Assembly (NCBI GenBank): GCA_937863565.1
Contig: CALMGJ010000031.1
Location: forward strand, 62,001 to 106,952
From: an uncultured bacterium
GTDB taxonomy: Bacteria; AUK180
Length of the DNA stretch: 44,952 nucleotides
Direction: 5' to 3'
Both the position numbers and the translations under genes were made by a program. The notes below the pieces were generated by a model, which had not been told where the DNA came from, did no database searches, and saw nothing but the letters and a program-made list of their open reading frames with translations. Shown piece after piece: positions 28,230 through 37,094 of this stretch (the stretch's first letter is position 1; each line of letters starts with the position of its first letter).

Positions 28230-28245
28230 TGCTGATTTCGTGCCA
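28230..28245 (-). promoter_or_regulatory. Sigma-54 (-24/-12) promoter
   Basis: TGGCAC-GAAAT-CAGCA: perfect -24 element and GG-N10-GC spacing. Confidence 0.75.
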
Positions 28246-28318
28246 AATAGAAACGGCTGTGTATTTCTTTGTATATTCGCTATTAAAGTGTTCCGGAGTA
28301 TCGAATCGTATAAGTAAT

Positions 28319-28338
28319 ATGTAAATTGAGGGTTACAT
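28319..28338. promoter_or_regulatory. Putative enhancer ATGT-N12-ACAT, copy 3
   Basis: ATGTAAATTGAGGGTTACAT, centred about 85 bp upstream of the -24 GG. Confidence 0.6.
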
Positions 28339-28360
28339 GTAAAAGCAGAAAGCCGGTAAT

Positions 28361-29509
28361 TCAAGGGGCTTTACTATCGTTAAAAAGCATTATCTCCGAA
28401 AGTGAGAATGATGAACGCCAATTGTCGGGAATGTCTTTCTCTGCCCAGTGAGCGTCTATGAATTTGAGCAGGATGAGCCGCGCTGTCGCATCTTCCTTCC
28501 TGAATATCTGAGGGGCGGTACGATCAATAAAGAAGCAGCACCTTCTTTCATTATACGTAATGCATTGGGGTATAGGGCCTTCAAGATCGAGAAGGGCATA
28601 TAGGCGCAGGCCGCTTTCATCCTCAGACGGGGAAATGTAAATTTCTATCCGTTTGGCAGCATTGTTGCCTCCGCCCGTCCCCCGCATATCCGTATACCTG
28701 TTGAAGATGACGACGGTATTGAATTTCTTCTCTTCCTTGAGATCGATGAGGATCTCGGGTTTTTTATAATATGCGACGCTTTTCCATGTTGTGGCAGGCT
28801 GCCCGTCTATTATCGCGTATGCATCTTTCCCGGATTCGCCTTCCGAAACGCTCTTTATAACGGCGCCGTACATTTCATTGGAACCGTAACTTTTCGGGGG
28901 TTTGAAACGGAACTTTTTATCTTTCGGGAACAGCTTTCTGATCTTCTTATCGAGGATTCTGTTCTCCTTTGCTCCCCTTTCACTTATCTCGGTAAGGGTC
29001 TTTAGCGGTACCGCAAAATACCGGACCCCGTTCTCTTCATAGATATTCTTTCCGGGTTCCTTGCCCGGATCGAATGCCGAAGCGGGAAATGCCGCGCATT
29101 CCTTGGTTTTATGGATAATGAACCTGTACATGCCTCCGGAAGCGTCAAAGGACCTGAAAACGGCTTTGTTCCTGTACTCTTCCTTCCCGGATATCTCGTA
29201 AAGATCTTTGTCTTCCTTGTAGATCTCTGCGGCGAAAATGATATATTCGTATTTCTTCAGGTCCGCGAGCATCCCGTCGGAAATGTCCCCGGTGATCAAA
29301 TAGAATTCCTTCTCTTCAAGATAGCCCTTGATGATTTTCTTCGTCCCGAATCTCAGGACGGTCCTGCCGCCCGTGACCGAGGCATCGGTAAAGGCTCCGC
29401 ATATAATATCGCTGTGCGATTCGATAAGCCGGTTCAAATTCATCTTATCCTCCGCTGAAAAATGACCTGCCAGACAGAATATAAGGAAAATTATTAATGC
29501 GATCCTCAT
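28361..29509 (-). CDS. Exported protein with C-terminal discoidin (F5/8 type C) domain
   Basis: Signal peptide MRIALIIFLIFCLAGHFSA; 'AIIDG...TTW.S......I.IDL.....N.V.I.NR', 'SLSEIMLF'; the track's TTG at 29545 coincides with the -35 element. Confidence 0.75.
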   Translation of the reverse strand: MRIALIIFLIFCLAGHFSAEDKMNLNRLIESHSDIICGAFTDASVTGGRTVLRFGTKKIIKGYLEEKEFYLITGDISDGMLADLKKYEYIIFAAEIYKEDKDLYEISGKEEYRNKAVFRSFDASGGMYRFIIHKTKECAAFPASAFDPGKEPGKNIYEENGVRYFAVPLKTLTEISERGAKENRILDKKIRKLFPKDKKFRFKPPKSYGSNEMYGAVIKSVSEGESGKDAYAIIDGQPATTWKSVAYYKKPEILIDLKEEKKFNTVVIFNRYTDMRGTGGGNNAAKRIEIYISPSEDESGLRLYALLDLEGPIPQCITYNERRCCFFIDRTAPQIFRKEDATARLILLKFIDAHWAEKDIPDNWRSSFSLSEIMLFNDSKAP

Positions 29510-29516
29510 TTTCTTT

Positions 29517-29545
29517 ATTATACCGTTTTTCCCCCGTTTATTCAA
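29517..29545 (-). promoter_or_regulatory. Sigma-70-type promoter 7 nt upstream of ATG 29509 (probably leaderless)
   Basis: TTGAAT-17 nt-TATAAT-aaagaaa-ATG. Confidence 0.75.
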
Positions 29546-29589
29546 TCTGTTCCGGTAAAAATAGCAAAGATCCCGCGCCGGAGCAGTGG

Positions 29590-29609
29590 TTGCAATACAT
29601 GTTTTGCAA
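29590..29609. promoter_or_regulatory. Near-perfect 20 bp palindrome overlapping a -35 element (putative operator)
   Basis: TTGCAATACATGTTTTGCAA. Confidence 0.45.
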
Positions 29610-29632
29610 TAATCCGTTTTTTTCTTTATAAT
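29604..29632 (+). promoter_or_regulatory. Sigma-70-type promoter for the DUF3857 pair/uvrC operon
   Basis: TTGCAA-17 nt-TATAAT, followed by SD AAGGAG and ATG 29671. Confidence 0.75.
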
Positions 29633-29670
29633 GTAAAAGTTCTTTTAAAATTAAAAGGAGTGCGAATAAT

Positions 29671-31830
29671 ATGAAAAAGATCGTTCTGGCTTTTACTCTT
29701 CTTCTGCAGATCCTTGTCTGCTCGGACCGTATTCAGCTCCGCTCCGGGGAGGCAGTGAGGGGGGAAATAATCAAAACGGAAGACGGTTTCCTTTATTTTA
29801 TATCCGGGGAGAAATTCCCTCTCGAGGAGATCAAGGAGATCGGTTTCGGCAACCTTGAGGAGAGCGCAGGAAAAACGGATGAAAAAGCGTCTTTCCTTAA
29901 AGGTACGGAGAAAACCGAGTATAGCTGGTATTTCCGGAAGGCAGCAGAGATCAATAAAAAGTACCCGGGCTGCGATTACATACATATCATCGATGAAGGC
30001 TTCGATATGCTCAACCGCGACGGGACCCGGGTATTCCGCTATAAGTTCCTCGGATATGTGAACACGAGCAAGGCGAAATCGGATTTCTCTAAATTCTCTT
30101 TCTATATTGACGAAGAGAGGATAAGAAGCAGGATGGTGCGGGCCAGGGCCATCTACCCCGACGGCCGCGTCTATAATTGCGATCCGGACGTTTTCGAGAT
30201 CGTGAAACCCCAGACGGAATCGTGGAGTTACGGAGGTTCTAACCTTAAGGTGATGACGATCCCCAATGTGGATATCGGTACGCTGGTCGAGTATGAATAC
30301 GAGATCACCAGTTTCAATCCTTACAATAGAAGGATATTCGAGACCTCTTTCTTTTTCCAGGGAAAAGCGCCTTCATTTAAAACATCGTATACTGTGGCCG
30401 TTCCCTACGAAATGTCGTTCACCGAGAAGGACCTCAACGATCCTGCCGGCGAGAACAAGGTCCTTTTGAAAGATGTCAGGCTGAACTGGGTCACTTACAA
30501 TATGTCCGCTCTTAAATTGCGGAGCGCTCCGGTCATCTCGAATGCCGGTGGCCACAGATATTACAAGTGGGAGTATTACGATATTCCCCCTTTCGTGGAG
30601 GAACCTTATGCCCCGGACAGCGCAGATCTTCTTCCGAACGTCCAAGGAACGATATTCTTCGACAGAACCTATCTTGACGGTTTCTTCAGGACACTTCAGA
30701 ATGAGAAAATGCAGGTCACACCAGAGATCAGAGGGACCGTCAATGCCATCGTTGACCCGGCGGACGGTCCTGAGATCAAACTCGCGAAGGTCTACCACTG
30801 GATCCAGCGCAATATCATCTACCTCTCCGTTAAAGGTTCAGTGAGTTCAGGTCTCACCGGACATCCCGCCATTGAAACGCTCCGGAACAGGAAAGGAGAC
30901 TGCATAGACAAAGCCATCCTTTTTGCAACTATGATCGATGCTCTGGAGGTACCTGGCCTCAAGGTCTATCCCGTTTCCATAAAAACGAACGATATAGAGA
31001 AGATGGTAATTGATATCCCTGTAATTGACGCCAATCACGCCATAACCGAAGTGCATTATAACGGGAAGATATTCTACCTCGACGGCACTGCCGAATCGTA
31101 CAGATACCCTTATTTCAGGGGCGACGACAAGGGAGTCCCGGCCGTCAATGAGATGCTGGGAACGGTAAGGATGATACCGGTACCTGCGCCGGAAGACGAG
31201 ATGAACTATTATGATATAAACCTTACGGTGCTGAAAAACGGCAAGATAAAAGGGGCAACAAAAGCGAAATACACCGGAGATTATGAGGCCAGATTGAGAG
31301 GATATTACATGGCATACAGCGGGATAAAGGAGAGAAAGGACATTTTCGCTTCAATGGTGAACTCCATGTCCCCGAAGGGAGTTTTAAAAGGTTACGGTCT
31401 GAGCGAACCCGGCGATTTCCTCACCCCCTTCGAACTTTCATATTCCTATGAACTCTTCGATCATCCCACGCTTGCGGGGGATTTCATCATCTTCAATCTC
31501 CCCGGTTTCGATTTCGATTTTCCCGAAATAGAACTCTCGGAAAGAAAATATCCGCTCGAGTACACAACCTCGAGATACACAGGGCATTCTTTTACGGTGA
31601 ACATACCCCGCGGATATTCTGTCGAGTATTTGCCTTCTCCGTTAAACGTGAAAACTGATGATTTTGAATATTCCGGCGAATATACTGTGGAGGAGAACCG
31701 GATCATTTTCAGATCCACATACAAAAGGTTCACTAGGATCATCTCCCCTGAAGCATATCCGGAGTTCAGGCAGGCTCACCTTGAGATCCTCAACTATTGC
31801 CGGCGCAATATCATCATTAAAAGGAAATAG
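29671..31830 (+). CDS. Exported DUF3857 / transglutaminase-like / DUF3858 protein (catalytic triad intact)
   Basis: 'IPNV..G..VEYEY', 'GDCIDKAILF' (Cys), 'NHAI' (His), 'YLDGT' (Asp), 'IPRGY.V..LP'. Confidence 0.85.
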   Translation: MKKIVLAFTLLLQILVCSDRIQLRSGEAVRGEIIKTEDGFLYFISGEKFPLEEIKEIGFGNLEESAGKTDEKASFLKGTEKTEYSWYFRKAAEINKKYPGCDYIHIIDEGFDMLNRDGTRVFRYKFLGYVNTSKAKSDFSKFSFYIDEERIRSRMVRARAIYPDGRVYNCDPDVFEIVKPQTESWSYGGSNLKVMTIPNVDIGTLVEYEYEITSFNPYNRRIFETSFFFQGKAPSFKTSYTVAVPYEMSFTEKDLNDPAGENKVLLKDVRLNWVTYNMSALKLRSAPVISNAGGHRYYKWEYYDIPPFVEEPYAPDSADLLPNVQGTIFFDRTYLDGFFRTLQNEKMQVTPEIRGTVNAIVDPADGPEIKLAKVYHWIQRNIIYLSVKGSVSSGLTGHPAIETLRNRKGDCIDKAILFATMIDALEVPGLKVYPVSIKTNDIEKMVIDIPVIDANHAITEVHYNGKIFYLDGTAESYRYPYFRGDDKGVPAVNEMLGTVRMIPVPAPEDEMNYYDINLTVLKNGKIKGATKAKYTGDYEARLRGYYMAYSGIKERKDIFASMVNSMSPKGVLKGYGLSEPGDFLTPFELSYSYELFDHPTLAGDFIIFNLPGFDFDFPEIELSERKYPLEYTTSRYTGHSFTVNIPRGYSVEYLPSPLNVKTDDFEYSGEYTVEENRIIFRSTYKRFTRIISPEAYPEFRQAHLEILNYCRRNIIIKRK

Positions 31831-31839
31831 GAGGAAGCG

Positions 31840-33891
31840 ATGAAAAGAACCGTATTTCCGATGGCTTTGATATTCTTTCTTGCAACCGCGGCCCTCACGG
31901 CCGATACGATCTATTTGAAAGACGGCAATGAATATAAATGTTCACTTGTGTCCATCACGGAGAAGGCGGTCACCGCCGTTCTGGATATCGACGGGAAAGA
32001 GAAGGTCTTTCTCAAAGCGGACGTGACCAGGATCATTCTGGACAAAAAGAGGATGTTCGCTGAAGTGACAAATATAAATCAGATAGACGACCCTGATATT
32101 AAAAGGGCCTTCAATCTTGCTGTGGACCGGCGTAAATACGAGAATTCGCTTTTCATCTCCATTATGGATAAGACCGTGGTCTCCGTAAAGAACGGACAGG
32201 TGGAGGTGGTGCGCAAGTATATCTACATGCCTCTCAAGAGCGACGGAATAACAGCGGCATCCGGACATTATGAGGATTACTTCAAGAACCACGAGAGAAT
32301 GAGTCTGGATTATGCCATGTCCATCTCTCCCCGGGGAGAGATAACGCCCATTTACGAGAACCTCATAGAGGATGAGATCCCGAATTCGAACTTCCCCGAG
32401 TATGCCGACAAGCATGTTTTGAAATTCTCGATCCCGAAAGTCACCGAAGGATCGCTTGTGGCCTATCAAGTGACAAAAACCTTCACTGCATCAGACCTGG
32501 AGCATTCATTCTTTCAAGATGAGTATTTTGAGACATATACGCCTACGATCATCCACGAGATCGTGATCATGGATCCCGAGCTCATCACATACAGGATCCT
32601 CAACAAAGGGAAATTCCGCATTAAAAAGAAGAACGGTCAAGTAGCGATCACATACCCGCCTTCCGGGGAGAAGCACGATTATTTCTTTGTCCCTTCCCTC
32701 TCTCTATTCTCACCGAGAGTGATTCTGTCACTCAATACGGACCCTAAGGATTTTTCAGAACGTTTTTCGGGAGCACTTGATCCCGGAAGCCCGGAAATAG
32801 AGAATTTCTTAAGGGAGATCGGCACAGGCGGCACGGATCCGGAGGCTCTGACTGAAGCGGTTTACAAATACATTCAGTCCAGGATCGCGAATATGAACAT
32901 TCTGCCTTCTGACGATTCATTCTATCCCCGGCCGGCTGAGAAGACCATTGAACGGGGTTATGCAAGTGTCCTGGATAAAACTTGCCTGGCTTTCGAAGCC
33001 CTCAGGTATTTGAAGATCTCTTCCTCCCTTCTATTCGCAGCGGACAGCAAGGAAGTTTTCGGAAAGGGCGAACCTTTCAATTACAGGAAATATCCTTATC
33101 CTCTTCTCAAAGTAGAGTTGCCCGGAAAGCAGGTCTACCTGTATTTCGGCAGCAAATATACTCCCTGCGGGATCCTTCCCAAGCACCTTTATTCGGCGCA
33201 TTTCTTCGATGCCGTGCACGGAGGGTTCGGCATAACGCCTTCCCTTGACAGGAACAACATTGATCTGTTGCGGGAAATTCACTTGAAAGGCAATATCAAT
33301 AAAGACGGACATCTTGAAGGCGAGATCACCGTTGATTACGACAAGTTCTCCGACGCATTCCTCAGGGAATTCGTCGATAGGTCCGAAAAGGAGAACGATA
33401 TTACGATGCAACAGGTGCTTAATAACCTTTTGCCGCGTTCAATGCTGATCGGCTATTCCGTCTCGGGTAATGATGACACAAACAAGAGGGTCACCGTGAA
33501 AATGAATTTCCTGAGTTACGGTTTTGCGGGTTTTGCCGGGGATTATCTCCTGTTCAATATGCCCCTTCTGAGCTTTGACGGTTATGCGGCAGCAAGCGAG
33601 AAGCGTGAAGTCCCCTTTGCTTTCTCTGCGGATTCACGTGTGAAATACCTTATCGAGATAGTATTGCCTCAAGGTTTCAGACTTTCATATTTTCCCGGGA
33701 ATCTCAATTTAAACACGCAGCGCTTCAGCTTCAATACCGTGAATAAATATTTCAACGACGCATTTTCGATGAGGGCCGACCTTATCTATGATGACGGTAT
33801 GGCACCTAAAAGTTTTTATTTCAAATACAGAAAAATAATGCGGAAGCTCGTTAAGTTCTCGGGAGAATTACTTATAGGTGAAAAAAAGTAG
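31840..33891 (+). CDS. Exported DUF3857 / transglutaminase-like protein (catalytic residues lost)
   Basis: Same layout ('IPKVTEGS.V.Y', 'RPAEKTIERGYASVLDKT', 'LPQGF.L..FP') but Cys, His and Asp are absent. Confidence 0.8.
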   Translation: MKRTVFPMALIFFLATAALTADTIYLKDGNEYKCSLVSITEKAVTAVLDIDGKEKVFLKADVTRIILDKKRMFAEVTNINQIDDPDIKRAFNLAVDRRKYENSLFISIMDKTVVSVKNGQVEVVRKYIYMPLKSDGITAASGHYEDYFKNHERMSLDYAMSISPRGEITPIYENLIEDEIPNSNFPEYADKHVLKFSIPKVTEGSLVAYQVTKTFTASDLEHSFFQDEYFETYTPTIIHEIVIMDPELITYRILNKGKFRIKKKNGQVAITYPPSGEKHDYFFVPSLSLFSPRVILSLNTDPKDFSERFSGALDPGSPEIENFLREIGTGGTDPEALTEAVYKYIQSRIANMNILPSDDSFYPRPAEKTIERGYASVLDKTCLAFEALRYLKISSSLLFAADSKEVFGKGEPFNYRKYPYPLLKVELPGKQVYLYFGSKYTPCGILPKHLYSAHFFDAVHGGFGITPSLDRNNIDLLREIHLKGNINKDGHLEGEITVDYDKFSDAFLREFVDRSEKENDITMQQVLNNLLPRSMLIGYSVSGNDDTNKRVTVKMNFLSYGFAGFAGDYLLFNMPLLSFDGYAAASEKREVPFAFSADSRVKYLIEIVLPQGFRLSYFPGNLNLNTQRFSFNTVNKYFNDAFSMRADLIYDDGMAPKSFYFKYRKIMRKLVKFSGELLIGEKK

Positions 33892-35629
33892 GAAGGACCA
33901 CAGCGGCATCCCCGCCCTCCCGGGCGTTTACATGCTGTACGACGACAAGGGTAAATTGATCTATGTCGGAAAAGCCAAAAGTCTCAAGAACCGGCTGGGA
34001 ACCTATTTCCATTCCGGTTCGGAAACATATAAAACGCATATTCTGAAGGATACTTTTGAGTATTACGATATTATAGTGACCGGGAGCGAGACCGAAGCGT
34101 TAATGCTCGAGAACAATCTCATAAAGGAACACCAGCCCGTATTCAATTTCATGCTGAAAGACGATAAGAGCTTCCCGTATCTCGCATATAATAAGAACAT
34201 GCCCTATCCCTTCTTCTTTCTCGCAAGGGCGAAGAATTTTGAAAAGAACGTTGTTTATCTGGGGCCATATACAAACCCGAGAGGTCTGAGATGCTATATC
34301 GATTTCCTCAACCGGAAATACGGATTAAGATTGTGCAGAGGAAGACTTCCCTCCAGAGCCTGCATATACAATTCTGTTAAAAAATGCAGGGCTCCCTGCG
34401 TAAACGAGGAGGAAAGGAGGCATTATAAGGAAAACTTCGGCGAAGCGCTGAAGGCAATTTCCTCCGGCCCCAGAGCGATGATCGCAGAGATCAGGGAAAG
34501 CATGTCGGAAGCAGCCGAAGATTACAATTATGAAGAAGCGGCCTTCTACCGCGATATCATTTCTTTTCTCGAAGGATCAAGAGAAGTTCAGAACGTTACA
34601 AACCAGAAAGGGAACTTCGACGTCATATCCTACAGCAGTTCCGGCACAGTTCTTATGATCGGCATTTTCCACTATATCAAAGGATCCCTGGTGGGCATCT
34701 TCACGGACAGATACGATCATTTTTCGGATGACAGGGAGACCGTATATGATTTCATTCAGCGTTATTATCTCGAGAACGAAATAAGGGGTTCGATCATCCT
34801 CTCGGACGAAGAGGACAGGTCCGTTCTTGAAGAGTATTTCAAGAGTGTGGGCGGGAAGGCCAGGATCGTTTCCGGAAAAGGCAAATATGCGCCTCATATG
34901 GCTTTTGCCGCCGGGAACATAGGAAGGGCTCTTAATGATATAACGGGTACCCGGAAGCATGCGGACCTTAACTCGCTTTTTCCCGGCGCCCGGAAGATAA
35001 ACATCGTTGACGCTTTCGATATTTCCCATATATCCGGCAGTTATACTGTCGGAGGAGTGGTCAGATTCAAGAATCAGAAACCGGATAAAACCATGTACAG
35101 GGCCTATATTCTTCCTTCATCCGCAGGCCGGCCGGATGATTTTGCTTCTATTAAAGGAAGCATATCCAAGCATTTCACCCACATCGAGAAGCACGGGTTC
35201 GAGATGCCCGATATGCTTCTTATCGACGGAGGGAAGGGCCAACTTTCAGCCGCTCTTCATGCCCTTGCCGAGCTTAGTATTGAAGATATAGCGGTCGCGT
35301 CTATCGCCAAAGGCGGAACGGACAGGATATTTACGGACCCTGCCGGATCTGCACTGCCCTTCTCGGCGACAAATCCCATTCTTCGCTTCCTTGTTTCCGT
35401 AAGGGATGAAGTTCACAGGTTCTCCGTTTCAAGACATCTTAAAAGAAGGGACAAGGTGGAACTTTCCATCCTTACTGAAGTTCCCGGAATAGGAGAAAAA
35501 AGGGCCCTGAAGTTATTAAGACACTTCAAAACGATAGCGAATATCAGAAAAGCCGCTGAAGAGGAGTTGACGCAATTCCTTCCCGCGGCAACAGCGGAAG
35601 AGCTCCTGTTACGGATAAGCGAACCGTGA
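33878..35629 (+). CDS. uvrC: Excinuclease ABC subunit C
   Basis: GIY-YIG 'PGVY...IYVGKAKSLKNRL', Cys cluster, UVR domain, RNase H-like 'FDISH..G', 'LIDGGKGQ', 'RDEVHRF', HhH 'PGIGEKR'. Confidence 0.95.
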   Translation: MKKSRKDHSGIPALPGVYMLYDDKGKLIYVGKAKSLKNRLGTYFHSGSETYKTHILKDTFEYYDIIVTGSETEALMLENNLIKEHQPVFNFMLKDDKSFPYLAYNKNMPYPFFFLARAKNFEKNVVYLGPYTNPRGLRCYIDFLNRKYGLRLCRGRLPSRACIYNSVKKCRAPCVNEEERRHYKENFGEALKAISSGPRAMIAEIRESMSEAAEDYNYEEAAFYRDIISFLEGSREVQNVTNQKGNFDVISYSSSGTVLMIGIFHYIKGSLVGIFTDRYDHFSDDRETVYDFIQRYYLENEIRGSIILSDEEDRSVLEEYFKSVGGKARIVSGKGKYAPHMAFAAGNIGRALNDITGTRKHADLNSLFPGARKINIVDAFDISHISGSYTVGGVVRFKNQKPDKTMYRAYILPSSAGRPDDFASIKGSISKHFTHIEKHGFEMPDMLLIDGGKGQLSAALHALAELSIEDIAVASIAKGGTDRIFTDPAGSALPFSATNPILRFLVSVRDEVHRFSVSRHLKRRDKVELSILTEVPGIGEKRALKLLRHFKTIANIRKAAEEELTQFLPAATAEELLLRISEP

Positions 35630-35887
35630 CCCTTTCCTGACGGCCAGCGCATCCCCTATCCTGTATTCATTCCCGTTTATTACGGCATATGTGAACAGTG
35701 TTTTCTCAAGTTTTTTTTCCCCTAAAGCCTGATCCACGAACAAAGGGAATGTTTCTCCTTCGCGGGAGAGAAGCACCCTGTCGTCCATGATGGCGATCAC
35801 CTCGTACACATCATTCTTCCCGCTGCAGGAAGGCAGAAACAACAGAAACAACGCTACAAGGAATGTGAATACCGTTCTAACTGACAT
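35609..35887 (-). CDS. Small hypothetical lipoprotein
   Basis: Lipobox LPS-C; start overlaps the ATPase 3' end, and its 3' end overlaps the convergent uvrC. Confidence 0.65.
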   Translation of the reverse strand: MSVRTVFTFLVALFLLFLPSCSGKNDVYEVIAIMDDRVLLSREGETFPLFVDQALGEKKLEKTLFTYAVINGNEYRIGDALAVRKGSRFAYP

Positions 35888-37094
35888 TCTTCAATTTAAA
35901 ATACTTTATGCCTTCATGGAAATCGGAAACAAGGATATCCTTTTTCTTGAGCCGCTCAAGCCTGATCATGAGATTTACGTTCTCTATCCCAACATCTTTC
36001 AAAAGCGCCTTGTCATTCGAGAAAGATTGGCCGGTCTCTGCAATGTATCTGCAGATGATGATGTCTTTATCGTCGTATTCCTCTCCATTTTTCATGATCG
36101 AGAGCATATCTCCGATATTGATCTTCTTGCCTTTTCTTATAGAGACCGAATAGAGAGCGTTCTTAATAAGGTAATTGATCATTTTGGGATTCCCCTTTGT
36201 AAGAACATACAGCATCTTGACCGCACTCTCCTCGATCAGATCATTGAGGAAGATCCCCAGTTTTTCCGCTTTGATGATGAGGAATTTCCTGACCTCCCCC
36301 AGATTGAAGTTCAGAGCCGTGAACATCTCTGTGAACATGCCGAGAAAATTGAGCTCGTTCTCGAAAGGTATCCTTGTTGAAAATTTTTCGTAATATGTCT
36401 GCGGAAGAGCGAACACCCAAGTAGTTTTCGAAAGCTCGGTGATCTCCTTGAGGGATGAAAGGAAAAGGCCGAGCCTGTTCTCTCCGCCTTCCCTGGAAAG
36501 AGGATCTACGGTGAATTTATCGTAATCGTCTATGAAGATGAGAACTCGTTTCGGGGAATTGCGGAGGATCTCGATAACGAGATTGCGTATCGTATATGTA
36601 TTTAAGATAAAATCCGTTTCCCTGGTCATATCGAGGCTTTCTTTCAGATATTCCTTATAAAGCTGTATAACCCTGGAATGATCCAGCTGTTTCCTGGGTT
36701 CATAATAGATAAGCGATCTTAAAAAATCTTCAAGAGACTGCGTCGAATAGACCTTCTTTTCGATCTCGGCGATAGGCGTTCCGAAAACCTTTTTTACCAG
36801 TTTTTTCTCGAGAAGAGCGTACATGAGTTTTCTGTAGAAGACATCCTCATTGCATAGCGTCTCCCCCACCCTTATCACTGCACCGAGTTTCTTTTTCTCC
36901 GCAAATTCCTCCAGATAGTTCAGAACGGATGTTTTTCCCGTTCCAAAATGCCCGGCGATCCCGAAATTCTCACCTGTAATGAGGTGATATTCCATCTTTC
37001 TCATCTTTTCATCGTCGAAAATAAGCGCGGAGTAATCCCCTTCGAACGGGATCATGGAAAAATCCTTGATAAGTTCGAGTATTTTATTAGTCAT
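35877..37094 (-). CDS. P-loop ATPase (KAP/STAND/ORC-like) with probable C-terminal winged helix
   Basis: Walker A GHFGTGKTS, Walker B 'VLIFIDDYDK', 'T.GNP' motif; start ATG 37094 overlapping the upstream stop. Confidence 0.75.
   Translation of the reverse strand: MTNKILELIKDFSMIPFEGDYSALIFDDEKMRKMEYHLITGENFGIAGHFGTGKTSVLNYLEEFAEKKKLGAVIRVGETLCNEDVFYRKLMYALLEKKLVKKVFGTPIAEIEKKVYSTQSLEDFLRSLIYYEPRKQLDHSRVIQLYKEYLKESLDMTRETDFILNTYTIRNLVIEILRNSPKRVLIFIDDYDKFTVDPLSREGGENRLGLFLSSLKEITELSKTTWVFALPQTYYEKFSTRIPFENELNFLGMFTEMFTALNFNLGEVRKFLIIKAEKLGIFLNDLIEESAVKMLYVLTKGNPKMINYLIKNALYSVSIRKGKKINIGDMLSIMKNGEEYDDKDIIICRYIAETGQSFSNDKALLKDVGIENVNLMIRLERLKKKDILVSDFHEGIKYFKLKNVS

Noticed and set aside
16300-28360. 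Calling the AT-rich signalling block a mobile element
   Set aside because: No integrase, transposase, tRNA or flanking direct repeats were found by eye.
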